Shown piece after piece: positions 47,201 to 56,466 of a stretch of 64,000 bases of DNA. Both the position numbers and the translations under genes were made by a program. The notes under the pieces were generated by a model. It searched no databases. It had not been told where the DNA came from and saw only the letters and a list, made by a program, of their open reading frames with translations. Numbering within the stretch: position 1 is the stretch's first letter; the number at the start of each line of letters is the position of its first letter. Origin of the DNA: an uncultured virus (IMG/VR IMGVR_UViG_3300024946_000002) (lineage: Duplodnaviria; Heunggongvirae; Uroviricota; Caudoviricetes); IMG/VR virus record IMGVR_UViG_3300024946_000002. One strand, 5' to 3'.

Positions 47201-48637
47201 TTCTACAAAGGTGCGTGCATCAATGTAAACTTCATCTAAACCATTCTCACCGCCTGCCTCTTGTAAGAAAGTTGCAAAGTCTTGTGCTGAACGTTGCTTG
47301 AGCTTTGATTGTGCCGCTAGTTGTTGGATATTAGCAAAGGCTTCCATTGAGGTGTTGGCGGCCTCGCTTTGATACTGCAGCTTCTCTTGTTCGGTTGAAA
47401 CGTAGTTGCCAGCCACTTCAATAGATTTAGCAATCGCCACCTGTCCTGTTGTGCCGACTAGGGTAGCAATGGCTGTCTGTAGCGCAGCATCAGGGCGCTC
47501 TTTCACATACTCAGCAAATGGTTTATCAGGGTTTAATACCGCCCATTCGTTCAAATCCTGCAATACCGTAGCAGCCTGTTCACCAATTTGTTCTTGCACG
47601 TTGCTCAGCAATAAGGTTTTTAATAATCCAGTTTCACCACGCAATCCTTTAAACAGAGTGTCAACCGGTAGCTTTTCTGTGAAGTATTCAACACCTAATT
47701 GCGAACCTGCATAAGTTAATGCCTGATTTGCACCTAAACCTTGCTCACGCGCTTTGGCAAACTCTTGGCCGCCAGTTAATGAAACCATCGCATTTAATGC
47801 CAATGATGGATTGTTGCTTATCACGCCTGCTAACAATGGCGGCAAGTTCATACCTAGTGATTCAAATCCACTATTGACTGCACCTTCTACAAAGCCTTGC
47901 TCACTTCTATCACCTGCAATCGCATCAGCAACATTTGATTGTTGTTTAGATAAATTGAGTAAGCCTTGCTCAGCAACACGCAATGGGTTAGCTGGTAATA
48001 CTGTGCCAACTAATGGGTCTAGCAATGGGGATAATACGCCAAACGGTGAAGCCAATGTGCCATAAACGCCTTGCCCGATTCTGCCTGTAGAGCCTGCCGC
48101 AATAGAACGGCCAAAGCTACCCACTACATCACCGATGCCGCGCTCTACTACTCTATCTCTACCGCGCTCAATGATATTGCTAAACTGCTGGTCACTCATG
48201 GCACGACTTAACTCAGAGGCTTCACGAAAACCTTGCTTAGTCAATGCTAGTTGCTTGATTGCACTCTCTTGGCCTGCCAGTTCATCAGTAATATCATGGC
48301 TTAGTTTTGCAAAGGCTGGATCAGAAAGCTTGCGGCCTAATACTGGTGAGGTGTCGTAAAGCTCAGATACCTTTTGCGTAATGAATCTGCGTCTTACTTC
48401 ATCAGGATTGCGCTCTGCAATATCATCAGGCAAGCCAACTTGACGGCCTAATGCTCTTGATTGTGCTATTTGGTCTGGATTAAATTTGGTTGCAATCCCT
48501 GTGACGGTTGCCGCACGCTTTTTCTGCGTGGTGACTACATTATCAATCGCAGAATCTAGCCGTGATAATGGGTCATCGTTTTTGGTAACTTCCCCTGTGG
48601 CTATGTTGATTGCAGAATCTAAATCATCTAATGCCAC
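41225..48637 (-). CDS. Large polyvalent internal virion protein (GNAT-like, ART-like and zincin-like domains)
   Basis: 2470 aa; FKAWFGDSKVVD..GKPLVVYHG...GHDGVII...YVVF...QIKS; FIHELGH; T7 gp16-like position. Confidence 0.85.
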   Translation of the reverse strand: MALDDLDSAINIATGEVTKNDDPLSRLDSAIDNVVTTQKKRAATVTGIATKFNPDQIAQSRALGRQVGLPDDIAERNPDEVRRRFITQKVSELYDTSPVLGRKLSDPAFAKLSHDITDELAGQESAIKQLALTKQGFREASELSRAMSDQQFSNIIERGRDRVVERGIGDVVGSFGRSIAAGSTGRIGQGVYGTLASPFGVLSPLLDPLVGTVLPANPLRVAEQGLLNLSKQQSNVADAIAGDRSEQGFVEGAVNSGFESLGMNLPPLLAGVISNNPSLALNAMVSLTGGQEFAKAREQGLGANQALTYAGSQLGVEYFTEKLPVDTLFKGLRGETGLLKTLLLSNVQEQIGEQAATVLQDLNEWAVLNPDKPFAEYVKERPDAALQTAIATLVGTTGQVAIAKSIEVAGNYVSTEQEKLQYQSEAANTSMEAFANIQQLAAQSKLKQRSAQDFATFLQEAGGENGLDEVYIDARTFVEEAEKQGVDLNTLMQSSPVINQQLQEAIAQGVDLVIPVGEFGASIAGTEFGGAILQHLRADENGISAFEAKTQLDDAVNELQKQAETIAQQYQDNEAWQQSVTEVSDNLLGQLNAVGRFTPESNQAYVQGLVAPWYSTLASNLGITPAEAYARYPLQVSGNVTANGFEQNDIVGKNEALSSLSKLSQVVYDETYTPQDAYDALYEAANPKQKTVLRALSKEQMLGFEYPHQALDELRRNPEAYQTSPAFKGILTKAGNNQFNQNNVSISALTELSKKYDMEVDNAENPYTKDIGQPSLIKFNDAYVQLSVKEDSENIYVTNIHTKKVDDLTVQAKGTGRGTDVLNSLKEYSDLTGKKLAIVDAVESATSYYEKLQYLKRESVTLEFEGEPYTPLYSYTYTPKSNNLNQSESQIDTPEFKAWFGDSKVVDADGKPLVVYHGSPDMRFMNEDAVFKSQKDRLGFGENKGAHWFTPSRQTALTYADPRRAFDYQRAEEGVIPAYLKMQNPLIVEANGANWRDAQRRGKTGEVIEVARSNGHDGVIIRNVKDDYNNGIGTRPTDTYVVFESTQIKSAIGNRGTFDPNDANILNQQARGQISFSNDITQGANITLLKNADASTFIHELGHFFLEVYADVASKPDAPQVIVDDMNQLFNWFGIESTEQPAIDVWRNMTLDQKRPYHEQLARGFEQYAMEGKAPTLELSRVFAKLRSFMLSAYKSLKQFFERSGDPSLTPEVRQVFDRMLASDDAINKAEAVRGMMPMFASMEEAGMSVDEYAEYLQNQQDATDEAKTQLTARSLRDMKWLQGARSRVLRDLQRQADAERRAVRMAVRREVMTQPVYQAYSWLKQIPDESKAQQAEKVKATKGVDVEKDSLYTAIAKLGGLNRELAASEWGIDPKDKFDSGVFGKPVLRKEGGLSPDAMAEALAQYEYLTLDENGKWDLREFEDKFFEEAKGERQYSLFAEGEQYRKWQESIYDEQERVRLDAFGKGKLDLNSMKAMYGEDGDWRNLGIGRTGMVMQTGNPPDAVAELFGFNSGDHLVKSLLAAENPKALVERLTNERMLAEFGDLVDAKKMNEAADKAVHNEVRARVLATELSAQNKALGNRRILEAAAKEYANRQIAGTLVRDLKSSKFTRAESKSAKMADKATRKGDTQTAVQAKRDQLLNNRAAKATLDANDKVDATLKYFKKFDSEGVRKNLDIEYIEQIDDILMRFDLRSGQSLRAINKRKSLVQWVEGQKEIGLSPVIDEDLLNEARRTSYKDLPFEQFMALADSIRNIEHLGRLKKTLLTAKDKREFAERMTEARESINNNGNRIVPERATPNDFIGKTARFGRRFSAAHRKFSSFMRELDGGKDLGVMQDMLLYSMYEAGSLETDLRAKATDDMQRLFATIEGTLDKAVGNLYAIKRIVPGTNISLTHEQRIMFAMNWGNDGNRQRLLDGGLEGTRSISNEDASAILDTITKDEWDFIQGTWDYIATFKPMIAEQERKLTGREPVWIDPSPVNTKYGTYAGGYFPAKYDAQMSTRSESLEAVTDLRMAMKGAFNSSGTRDGYTQARAEAVKGRPILLSFDTISRHIHEVTHRLAWQEWLTDATRVVTALDGSIRERLGAEALQEIHQHIRDVAIGDAPVTGTTDVLLSRIRTGTSIVGMGYRVSTALLQPSGIFQSWGRLGIGAVANGIKTVLKNPVKTNEWVMENSPMMRNRARTLNREINEIVNQVRAGKNLTTLQASYFYMISKMQIMIDMPTYVGAYEKALADLDYDQAGSEDERKAIENKAHSFAGQTVIDTQTGGEIKDLAGVQKGGQGQKLFTNFYSYFSALYNLNVENFRTKKLTNPAEFADFVATAILLNVMPVIYSVILKNLLKGECAWDDTECILNRYKSEQMSAIFGQMIGLRDVGVAVDVATGGDAFGYSGPPSLRFFADVYKLGQQAEQGEVDMPLFKSLNNAGGILFHYPAGQINTTVDGMLAIERGEVEGVSIFNALISGPPKD

Positions 48638-48640
48638 GTT

Positions 48641-50302
48641 TTACCCCTTATTTGCTAAATTTGCTTTAATTGCTTTCAATTCTTCTGATGTTGGTGCGCG
48701 GCCTTTATTCTTTTCAAAGCGCTGTTTGATAGCGTCATCGCTAGGGATAAACTTATTCGCATCAGGCGTGCCGTAAAACTCGTAAGCACGACCTTCTTTA
48801 TCATTGCTGTACCATGAACCACCTGGCACTTCACCATCAATGACCATGCGGTCAATAATCTTTTGCCTCGCCTCTTCACCCAATGGCTTGCCTTGTTTTT
48901 TCTGCTCAGTGAGTACCGCATCACGGATAACGCTTTCAAACTTGTACTTGCTTGCATCTTTAATGCCTAACGCGCCAACGGTTAAGCTGATCTGACCATC
49001 AAGCGTAGTCACATCTTTCAATTCATCTGGCTTCTTAGCCTGCAAATCAATCAATTCTTCGCGCTTCTCTTTAGGGATTGCTTTAAAGTCTAGGCGTAAA
49101 TCACGACCTTTGAATGCTTCTGGGTTATCTCTGGCTTGCTGACGAATGGCATAGTAGTTTTCCCATGCAGCATCAGTGTTCTGTTTGTCTTGTTTGGCAT
49201 CATCTCTGTCTTTTGCAACACGGCTACGCTCTGCGCGTTGATAGAGTTCATCATCAATAGAATCACGTTGCTGAGGGGTGAGCATGGACCATGTTTGTGC
49301 ATCAACCCCTCTACGGCCTTTGCCTGAATCAATAGCAATGCCCCAAGCTCTATCAAAAGCCTGTTTTTGCGATTGTTGCATTGCTTCTTCTTGCTCTTTG
49401 TAACGTGTTTTCACTTCATTGACGGCTAACCTCATACCGTCTGCATCAGTTGCAAACTTCTCGCGCACCATTGCCAATGCTTCTGATTCACTTTTAGCTG
49501 TACCCATTGCCGTTGATACTTCACCAAATACTTTGACATTACGCTCAGCCACTTCAAGGCTTTTATCAAACTGCCCACGCGCAGCAGGTAGCATCTGAGC
49601 GCCATATTTATTCATGTACTCACGCGCTCGTTCTGGATTCCCATCAATCATGTTTTGCAACACGCCTGAATGGTATTGGCTGGTGTATTTCAGCATATCC
49701 ATTTGTGCTTTTTCAGGGGCATCGCCATTCTCTGCCGCTAATTTGCTGACGGTGATTTGAATAGTACGCATGGCTTCTGATGCAAGCCCTGCATTATTTG
49801 GATCATCAAGCGCTAGTTTGATAGAAGAATCAATCGAAGCTAATGCGCCCTCTTGTTTAGCCGCACGTACTTGACCGTCTTGGTATTGTGATAGCGAATC
49901 TAAGGTTGAAAGCCTTGTGCCTTGCATGCGGTTCTTAAATAACCGTTGCTGATTAGGTGTCATTTTTTCAGTGACTAATCTAGCTTGGTCATCCCACCAC
50001 TTCTCAGCATCTTTAGCTAAGCCATCAGCCGCCAAGCCTCTGCGCGTTCTAGCCTCAGACTGAAACTGCATATAAGCTTCGCGTGTCGATACCTCGGCAT
50101 TTAAAGCTGTTGCTGTGTCTATTTCATCTTGTCTTTTATCAAGCACATCACCAACACTATTAAGCGCTTTGCCAAGTGCTGATGTATTGTTTGCCCCACT
50201 TATGCCAGCAAACAACTCAGGCGAGGCAATTGAAGATTGCTTTGTGCCATCTAATGGTCTTGTTTGTTGGACATTGTTGTCATAGGTAGGAACGGTAGGC
50301 AT
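48641..50302 (-). CDS. Internal virion (ejection) protein
   Basis: MPTVPTY start, helical; gene order. Confidence 0.65.
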   Translation of the reverse strand: MPTVPTYDNNVQQTRPLDGTKQSSIASPELFAGISGANNTSALGKALNSVGDVLDKRQDEIDTATALNAEVSTREAYMQFQSEARTRRGLAADGLAKDAEKWWDDQARLVTEKMTPNQQRLFKNRMQGTRLSTLDSLSQYQDGQVRAAKQEGALASIDSSIKLALDDPNNAGLASEAMRTIQITVSKLAAENGDAPEKAQMDMLKYTSQYHSGVLQNMIDGNPERAREYMNKYGAQMLPAARGQFDKSLEVAERNVKVFGEVSTAMGTAKSESEALAMVREKFATDADGMRLAVNEVKTRYKEQEEAMQQSQKQAFDRAWGIAIDSGKGRRGVDAQTWSMLTPQQRDSIDDELYQRAERSRVAKDRDDAKQDKQNTDAAWENYYAIRQQARDNPEAFKGRDLRLDFKAIPKEKREELIDLQAKKPDELKDVTTLDGQISLTVGALGIKDASKYKFESVIRDAVLTEQKKQGKPLGEEARQKIIDRMVIDGEVPGGSWYSNDKEGRAYEFYGTPDANKFIPSDDAIKQRFEKNKGRAPTSEELKAIKANLANKG

Positions 50303-50904
50303 TAAGGCGTGCTCCACAACTTATTGCCGCTGGTTGTCTTAGTAGTATCGCCCTTAGGTTTACTATCGCTCATCTTGTACCACTTATCAGCAACCGTACC
50401 CGCGCCATTCAGCAATGTTGAACCTGCTGCCATTAAAGGGCTTTCTGCTTGTGATCGAGCCGCTAGCAAATCTGAGTTTGAATTGTAGTTTTGCCCTTGC
50501 TGACGATAGCCACTTGCTTCTCTGTTTGCGTTATCACGTACAGTTAAAGCATCCTGCTCACCCATCCAATCAGTATCAGATAGAATTTGTAGTGCTGAAC
50601 CTTCTGAAATATCAAGGCCATTAGCAGCTAATCTAGCCGTTTGACTGCCTTTCATCATGGCTGTTTTGCGTCTTTGCTGTTCTTCTGCTACTTGACCACG
50701 TTTGATAGCGTCTTGCGCTTGATATTCAGCAGTAATGGCATTATTCCGCGCTACTGTAGATTGATAATCATAGGATTCTTTAGCCGCTTGGCTTGATTGA
50801 AATGCACTAAATGCCTGCAATCCAACGCCTGCGATAGATGCAACTGTGGATGCTGTGCCTAACCATGATGGCGCGGTTGCTAATGCCGCTGGAATTCCGC
50901 ACAT
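50302..50904 (-). CDS. Internal virion protein (T7 gp14-like)
   Basis: MC start, Ala/Gly/Ser-rich, AQDAIKRG...GSQ.A..AANG. Confidence 0.72.
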   Translation of the reverse strand: MCGIPAALATAPSWLGTASTVASIAGVGLQAFSAFQSSQAAKESYDYQSTVARNNAITAEYQAQDAIKRGQVAEEQQRRKTAMMKGSQTARLAANGLDISEGSALQILSDTDWMGEQDALTVRDNANREASGYRQQGQNYNSNSDLLAARSQAESPLMAAGSTLLNGAGTVADKWYKMSDSKPKGDTTKTTSGNKLWSTP

Positions 50905-50905
50905 A

Positions 50906-51376
50906 CTAACCCCTTAATTCAAATCTATAAAACGGATAGCCTTTTACACCGTAAGGTTCGGCTTCAAAAAAGGTAAAGCCCATGAGTTTTAACCATCTAA
51001 CGGTTTTCTTATTCCGCACATCACACCAATTGGTTAACACAGGCGATACACTTAACATGGCTTTAATATACTCTTGGCTATGGCGTATAAACGCACCCTT
51101 GTTTTTCTCAATCTGGTCTGTGCCTAGCATCCATATCAATGCAGTATCACTGAGCAAACCTAGTGGATGCATCCCAAATAGGCACACAAATTCACCGCCT
51201 GCATAGATGGCCCACTTGTACTTTGATTTTTCGTAAGAAAGCTGAATCGCTTTTTGATAGTCACCATGTGAAGCGTCAAGCTCTTGCTTATCATCATGGC
51301 GAATATTGGCAATGAGTAAATCAACATCAGCTTGCGTAGGTGCTCTAAGCTCAACCTTTACCGAATCTTTACCCAC
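50906..51376 (-). CDS. T7 gp13-like acetyltransferase-fold protein
   Basis: IWMLGT...N..DVRNKKTVRWLKLMGF. Confidence 0.72.
   Translation of the reverse strand: MGKDSVKVELRAPTQADVDLLIANIRHDDKQELDASHGDYQKAIQLSYEKSKYKWAIYAGGEFVCLFGMHPLGLLSDTALIWMLGTDQIEKNKGAFIRHSQEYIKAMLSVSPVLTNWCDVRNKKTVRWLKLMGFTFFEAEPYGVKGYPFYRFELRG
51065..51098 (-). promoter_or_regulatory. Phage B late promoter motif, intragenic
   Basis: GGGTGCGTTT-N18-TATATT ahead of the internal virion genes. Confidence 0.58.
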
Positions 51377-53651
51377 CTAGCGCCACTTCCATCACCATGC
51401 TCAATACCGTCACTGGCAAAGGGTCTGTTTGCTGAATCACTACTTGGCCGCTACTATTCCAATCAGGCTTGATAGCAATATCAATTTCATCGGTGATCCA
51501 GTTTGGCGGTGAACCATAAGGCTCAATCGTTCTTTGTTTGAATTGCACTAGATTGTTAGTGTCATAACCAACCATCACGCCACTGGTGCGATAAACTCGC
51601 AATGTAGTTTCATTGATGTTCTTCAACACGCCTTGACCAAGCGCAGGACCTTCAAAGCTTACCGGTAATGTTTTAATGCGTGAGGTGATAGGCAGGCCAA
51701 CATGGACCAATGTGGCTGATTGTGGCAAGGTGATTTGACCATTCTCTACCGTTAAATCTTTAACTACCGCACCATTTGATAACGCCACTACGGTTTTACC
51801 TTCAAGATGATGTAATCCTTTAATCACCGTAGCCGCTGTGCCGCTATATGTCAGCCCTGAATCAACGATAAAGCTTTCTTCAAGCGTATCTATTAGTCGG
51901 TCCGATAAGCGCTCAATATAGCGCACCACTTCATCATCTACGGTTCGCTTAACAGTCACATACAGAACATCACGGCCAGATTCATTGACGGCAGCAATCG
52001 ATTCAAACAAGCCATCGGTTTCATGCTGATGCCATGCAAACACTTTTTGCTCTGGCATGTAAGTAATGCCAAGTAACTTGCCGTCATTACGAATCACCCA
52101 CACCACTGGCACAGGCGTTCTTGTTAGACACATATCAACAATGGTAAAGCCATCAAACAAATGTGGTGCAATCAGTGATAAATCATTTGATTTGAAGCCA
52201 CTCACTTCAAAGTTATAAGCCAAATCATGCAAGCGGCCTGACTGAGCACGCACATAAATACCACTGTTATTCACGACCACTGGCTGCACATCAGTACAAC
52301 CGTTGTAAGACTGTGGCCTGACCGTCACAGATGATGGCGTTAACACATCACTGTTTTGCGTGCTAATCTTCCATTCACCGCCACTGGTGAGAATAAGCAA
52401 CTCAGTTAACGGCACGATATTTCTAATACGCTGCACTTCTCGTGAAACAATTCTCAGTGAAATCGCATCATCGTCTTGTGTAGGGATGGAGTAGTTAAGG
52501 TTTGATTCTGTGGCTGAACGTGTCATCCATAGATTTTGTGGTTTGTTATTCGTGCCGCCAAAACATCTGCGTTGTTCAAAGTAAGATACTGCGCCAGGGT
52601 AATCATTTGCACCGCTAAATGGATTTTCAGCTTCAGGTGGTGTGCGTGTTACATCAGCAATGATATTATCATCTACAAACGCCGTGCCAGAAGCTTGACC
52701 AATATATCCAAATAGACCATTCTTCTCTTTGTAAACGTTGTATCGAATCGCACCAGTGACCGCAGTCCATGTGATTGTATTTTTATTGCCTGCTGTTGCA
52801 AGGTTATTGGTTATATCATCAGCAGTTGATGCCACCGATTCTTCTAGCGCCTCGTCTGAGATAGCCGTTACCACGTAGTTATAAACCACGCTACCTGTGC
52901 CTGTTGTCGCTGTTGCTGTTACGCCAGTTGGTGCGCTAATGCTAGGAATAAAGCTAATGTTTGTTAAGGTGAATGTGGTTGATGTAGTTCTATCCAACTC
53001 AGCAGGTGGATAGCTAGGATGCACTAAAGTTAAAGTATCAGCGGATTGCACGTAATGAATATTGAACAAGTCAGCTTCAAGGTAAGGTGACGCTATCTCA
53101 TACACCTCAGCAATCGTGCCGCCTGATACATAGGCAGTCATGCCAGTGGTATCAATGTAATTACCACGCAAGTCTTTAAGCTTAAAGGTGTTTGCGCCTG
53201 CATCTACATCAGAAACCACCACATAGCGACCATTCAATTCAACCATGCCAGTAATACCAGACAAATAAAACCATGTGCCGTTAGCAGGATCGGTGCCTGA
53301 ATAGGTCAACACGCCTTCGGTTGCTTGCGTAATTGCACTGATATTCAGACCAGTTTTAAGTAGCGTACCGCCATTAGTATGAAAACGAATATACTGATCG
53401 CCAAACTCTAATATGTAGGTTTGCTCTGTACTGAAGGCAAACTCAATAAGATTGGCTTTCTTATCCTGAAACTTGGTTTGCAGAATGTAGCTAAAACCTG
53501 CACGATTCTGTGCTGGTCCATGCGGTAATATCACAAAGTTTAAACACTCTGCTAAGCCTGATTGATACTTATCTAAGTCAATACGACCAAATAATTCAGG
53601 CGCTATTTCGCCGCCTACGAAGCTACGCTGGATGGTTTTGGTTGATGGCAT
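51369..53651 (-). CDS. Tail tubular protein B (nozzle)
   Basis: QRSFVGGEIAP...GRID, YPGAVSYFEQR, AWHQH. Confidence 0.88.
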   Translation of the reverse strand: MPSTKTIQRSFVGGEIAPELFGRIDLDKYQSGLAECLNFVILPHGPAQNRAGFSYILQTKFQDKKANLIEFAFSTEQTYILEFGDQYIRFHTNGGTLLKTGLNISAITQATEGVLTYSGTDPANGTWFYLSGITGMVELNGRYVVVSDVDAGANTFKLKDLRGNYIDTTGMTAYVSGGTIAEVYEIASPYLEADLFNIHYVQSADTLTLVHPSYPPAELDRTTSTTFTLTNISFIPSISAPTGVTATATTGTGSVVYNYVVTAISDEALEESVASTADDITNNLATAGNKNTITWTAVTGAIRYNVYKEKNGLFGYIGQASGTAFVDDNIIADVTRTPPEAENPFSGANDYPGAVSYFEQRRCFGGTNNKPQNLWMTRSATESNLNYSIPTQDDDAISLRIVSREVQRIRNIVPLTELLILTSGGEWKISTQNSDVLTPSSVTVRPQSYNGCTDVQPVVVNNSGIYVRAQSGRLHDLAYNFEVSGFKSNDLSLIAPHLFDGFTIVDMCLTRTPVPVVWVIRNDGKLLGITYMPEQKVFAWHQHETDGLFESIAAVNESGRDVLYVTVKRTVDDEVVRYIERLSDRLIDTLEESFIVDSGLTYSGTAATVIKGLHHLEGKTVVALSNGAVVKDLTVENGQITLPQSATLVHVGLPITSRIKTLPVSFEGPALGQGVLKNINETTLRVYRTSGVMVGYDTNNLVQFKQRTIEPYGSPPNWITDEIDIAIKPDWNSSGQVVIQQTDPLPVTVLSMVMEVALGG

Positions 53652-53653
53652 TA

Positions 53654-54322
53654 CTAACCCCTGAGAATGCGACCATCAGCTTCATAAATACTGCGCTGAT
53701 CTGATACGCCATAGTCTTGAACCCAACCAGGCACATGCGTTCTTTGTGCATCGTAGTTGCGTGCTGACGCATCTTTGCCAGCCGAAACATTAAGCATCTG
53801 CATGGCCTTGTTATACATGGCATCGGCAATCTTCATGCCTGTATCGCCTTTAATCAGCGAGCCTGCCAAAAAGCTTGCCAACATAAATGAAAGCGTATTG
53901 ATAAACAGCGGTGTGAATTTAGTGGTATCGGTAATCAATGAAATGTATTTGAGCGTAGCATTCTCGACATTGGTGTATAAAACCAACTGACCAAGCTCAT
54001 TTGTTTCAATGATGAATGGTTGCTGATCTGCTTCGCTATTGGTTTGCTCTGGATAAACGGCAAGCGCACGAATGTAGTTTGATGGCACTGCATAGGTGAA
54101 TGCCCATGCATCAGGGGCTACATCACTGGTTGCTGCCAAGCTAATACGTTTAGTGGCAAAGTTCCAAGCATGCAATTCAAGCAAGTTATCACGCGCAATC
54201 GGATAAAAGCGTTTGGCTTGCTCTGCCTGTGCTGAGCCTTCTGGTGGGTCTATACTGGTGACTGTGGCAGAATCGCCAAGCCTAGCTAGTGCAAGATTTA
54301 CAATGTCAACGACTGAAGCCAT
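53654..54322 (-). CDS. Tail tubular protein A (adaptor)
   Basis: SVVDIVNLALARLG, HAWNFA. Confidence 0.85.
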   Translation of the reverse strand: MASVVDIVNLALARLGDSATVTSIDPPEGSAQAEQAKRFYPIARDNLLELHAWNFATKRISLAATSDVAPDAWAFTYAVPSNYIRALAVYPEQTNSEADQQPFIIETNELGQLVLYTNVENATLKYISLITDTTKFTPLFINTLSFMLASFLAGSLIKGDTGMKIADAMYNKAMQMLNVSAGKDASARNYDAQRTHVPGWVQDYGVSDQRSIYEADGRILRG

Positions 54323-54330
54323 GATTGCCC

Positions 54331-54579
54331 CTAAACGCTAAGCCAAGAAACATAGGATAAAAACACGCTAATCATCATCACTGCGCCAAGAATCTTATTG
54401 GCCAATGACGATAATTCTTCATCAGTGCCACATCGTATTGATTCAAGAAAGTAAGCCGATGCCATGCTAATCACTGCCAATACAACACCTACTTTATTGC
54501 TTGCCAATAGGTTTAATACCAGTGCCCAATTCACTAGAAAGTAACCGACTACAACGCCATTGATATAATTGATGTTCAT
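54331..54579 (-). CDS. Small 3-TM membrane protein
   Basis: 82 aa, strongly hydrophobic; GAGGG RBS. Confidence 0.6.
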   Translation of the reverse strand: MNINYINGVVVGYFLVNWALVLNLLASNKVGVVLAVISMASAYFLESIRCGTDEELSSLANKILGAVMMISVFLSYVSWLSV

Positions 54580-54670
54580 TGAAAATCCCTCTCTGGTGAT
54601 AATTCTTACAAGGCAATCTCTTTTAAAATCACCTTGTAAGAAGGGCTAATGAAAGCCCTTCTCACGGTTA

Positions 54671-54961
54671 TTACGCTTGCTGTGAGGCTTCTGCCAATGC
54701 CGCTTCTGCTTCCGCAATAGAACCATTTAGCTTATCAACCCCCCAGTTCTTAGTTGCAGCGATACCCAAAGCTTTCGCTTTCTCGATCAATGCATCTTTT
54801 TCACCGTTATCAGCTTGCTGTGAGGCTTCTGAAGGCACATCTTTTAGTACCTTCATCCACTTGCCGACTTTGACGTTATCAGCGATTGCAAATACATCGC
54901 CTTTGCGTCTACGTTTGCCATCACAAAACCCATTTGCTAATGCTTCTACTTTTTTAGGCAT
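54671..54961 (-). CDS. Hypothetical head-associated protein
   Basis: GF.DG.RRRKGDVF N-terminus; AKALGI...WGVDKL tail. Confidence 0.7.
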   Translation of the reverse strand: MPKKVEALANGFCDGKRRRKGDVFAIADNVKVGKWMKVLKDVPSEASQQADNGEKDALIEKAKALGIAATKNWGVDKLNGSIAEAEAALAEASQQA

Positions 54962-54972
54962 GTTCAATCCCC

Positions 54973-55440
54973 TTAAATCGCGTCAGCGTAAGCTTTCCAC
55001 TTTTGAACATCAGTGGTTAGGAACGCATTAATTGCACCTGCTGAAATAGCTGTTGTGCCTGTTACTTGCAAGATGCCCAAATAACGCTCGTAAGCATTAC
55101 CTTCAATTGGTAAAGCAACTGCAAACAACACTGTGCCAGCCGCTAAAGTTGTCGTGTCGCTTGTTGTGCTTGTCGCAAACTCAGGTGAAGTGAAATGCAC
55201 GGTTGAAGTAGTTGTGCTGATTGCCGCTGAATCATCAGAAGCCAGTTTGAATGCTACTGTGCCTGTTGATGCCGCCACTTCAATACCTGTTGCCACTGTT
55301 GCCACTAGATAAAGCGGTGAACCGTTGCCAATATCACGCGCTTCACTAATGTCAATTTGGCTACCAATCAGATAAGTGCCAGCAGCGCCAGTGTTTAAAG
55401 CGACTGCATCTGCAAATTCTGTACGTTTGTCTAAAATCAT
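54973..55440 (-). CDS. Bbp16-like capsid cement protein
   Basis: MILDK..EF, RDIGNG.PLYL, ERYLG; follows the capsid gene. Confidence 0.78.
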   Translation of the reverse strand: MILDKRTEFADAVALNTGAAGTYLIGSQIDISEARDIGNGSPLYLVATVATGIEVAASTGTVAFKLASDDSAAISTTTSTVHFTSPEFATSTTSDTTTLAAGTVLFAVALPIEGNAYERYLGILQVTGTTAISAGAINAFLTTDVQKWKAYADAI

Positions 55441-55455
55441 GTTATTCCCCTTAAA

Positions 55456-56451
55456 TTAAATGCCTGATTCAGCGTTAGTGATCGCATCAACTCGTTTAAA
55501 CGGAACGCCCTCAAACATAGTTACATGCTTACCGCCTACTGTTTCCATAGTCAAAGTAGAGGCAGCCACTTTGTTTGCGATTTGGCGCTTCAAGAAGCTC
55601 AATGCTTTACGGTTGCCGTAGAACACTGGGCGGCATGATGATAGTGATGGAATTAACTCAGTTGCTTGTGAAAGCAAATCAATTAAATCAGGGCCAGCAC
55701 TTGCGTTTTTGGTTAAGTCTTCTGCGTCATAGTTGATACGCACTACATAACGCCAGTCACGCACTGATAAGCCGCAATCCCAACGATAGTGCGAACGGTA
55801 TGCTTCCATGCGACCGCCAGAACCATCCACGTTTTCAATGGTGACTTGACCTTTATCAGTCATTTGCAATCCACCTTTTGAGCCTTTAGGATAGATGCCG
55901 TGAACGGTATTAGCGCCCCAACCGATTAGCCAAATGCTTGAGTTGTCTGTACCGTCTGGTGTATCAGCAGATGTGATGATGTTTTCACCGTTTGCCGCAG
56001 ATTGGTCATTGAAGCGCGGTGCGAAGCCAATAAACTCTTCAGGGGCATCAGCAGTACCGTAGAACAAGGTAGATGCAAACTCTTGGTTCATACCTTCAAT
56101 GTGTGCCAAATCTTCTGACATACGGAACGCCGCTGTATTGCCGTTCAAATCAGCTAATGCTTTGTCAACTTCAGCGTAAGCTTCCAACATACCGCAAGAA
56201 TCAGTAATTTGCGCTGTACGTGATTTAGTTGGTTGAACACCACCGTACAGTTTGCGCCATGTAGGCTCAGGCAAACCAGTACGAACAGTGGTGCGATGAC
56301 CAGTAGCCAAGTTGCCTTCTAGCCAAACCATATCTTCAATGATAGGGTTTTGTTCGTTTAAAATTTCTACGATTTTTGCAATTTTGTCATCAGGATCAAG
56401 ACGCTTTGCAACATCAAGAAGCGTAGGGTGAATTGTGCTTAATGCAGCCAT
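55456..56451 (-). CDS. Major capsid protein (BPP-1-like)
   Basis: TTVRTGLP..TWRKLYGGV, GMLEAYAEVDKALAD, WDCGLSVRDWRY. Confidence 0.9.
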   Translation of the reverse strand: MAALSTIHPTLLDVAKRLDPDDKIAKIVEILNEQNPIIEDMVWLEGNLATGHRTTVRTGLPEPTWRKLYGGVQPTKSRTAQITDSCGMLEAYAEVDKALADLNGNTAAFRMSEDLAHIEGMNQEFASTLFYGTADAPEEFIGFAPRFNDQSAANGENIITSADTPDGTDNSSIWLIGWGANTVHGIYPKGSKGGLQMTDKGQVTIENVDGSGGRMEAYRSHYRWDCGLSVRDWRYVVRINYDAEDLTKNASAGPDLIDLLSQATELIPSLSSCRPVFYGNRKALSFLKRQIANKVAASTLTMETVGGKHVTMFEGVPFKRVDAITNAESGI

Positions 56452-56466
56452 GATTATTACCTCTCT

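Noticed and set aside
42635..48359. Many plus-strand ORFs of 60-174 aa
   Set aside because: Antisense shadows of the long minus-strand gene with no recognisable motifs
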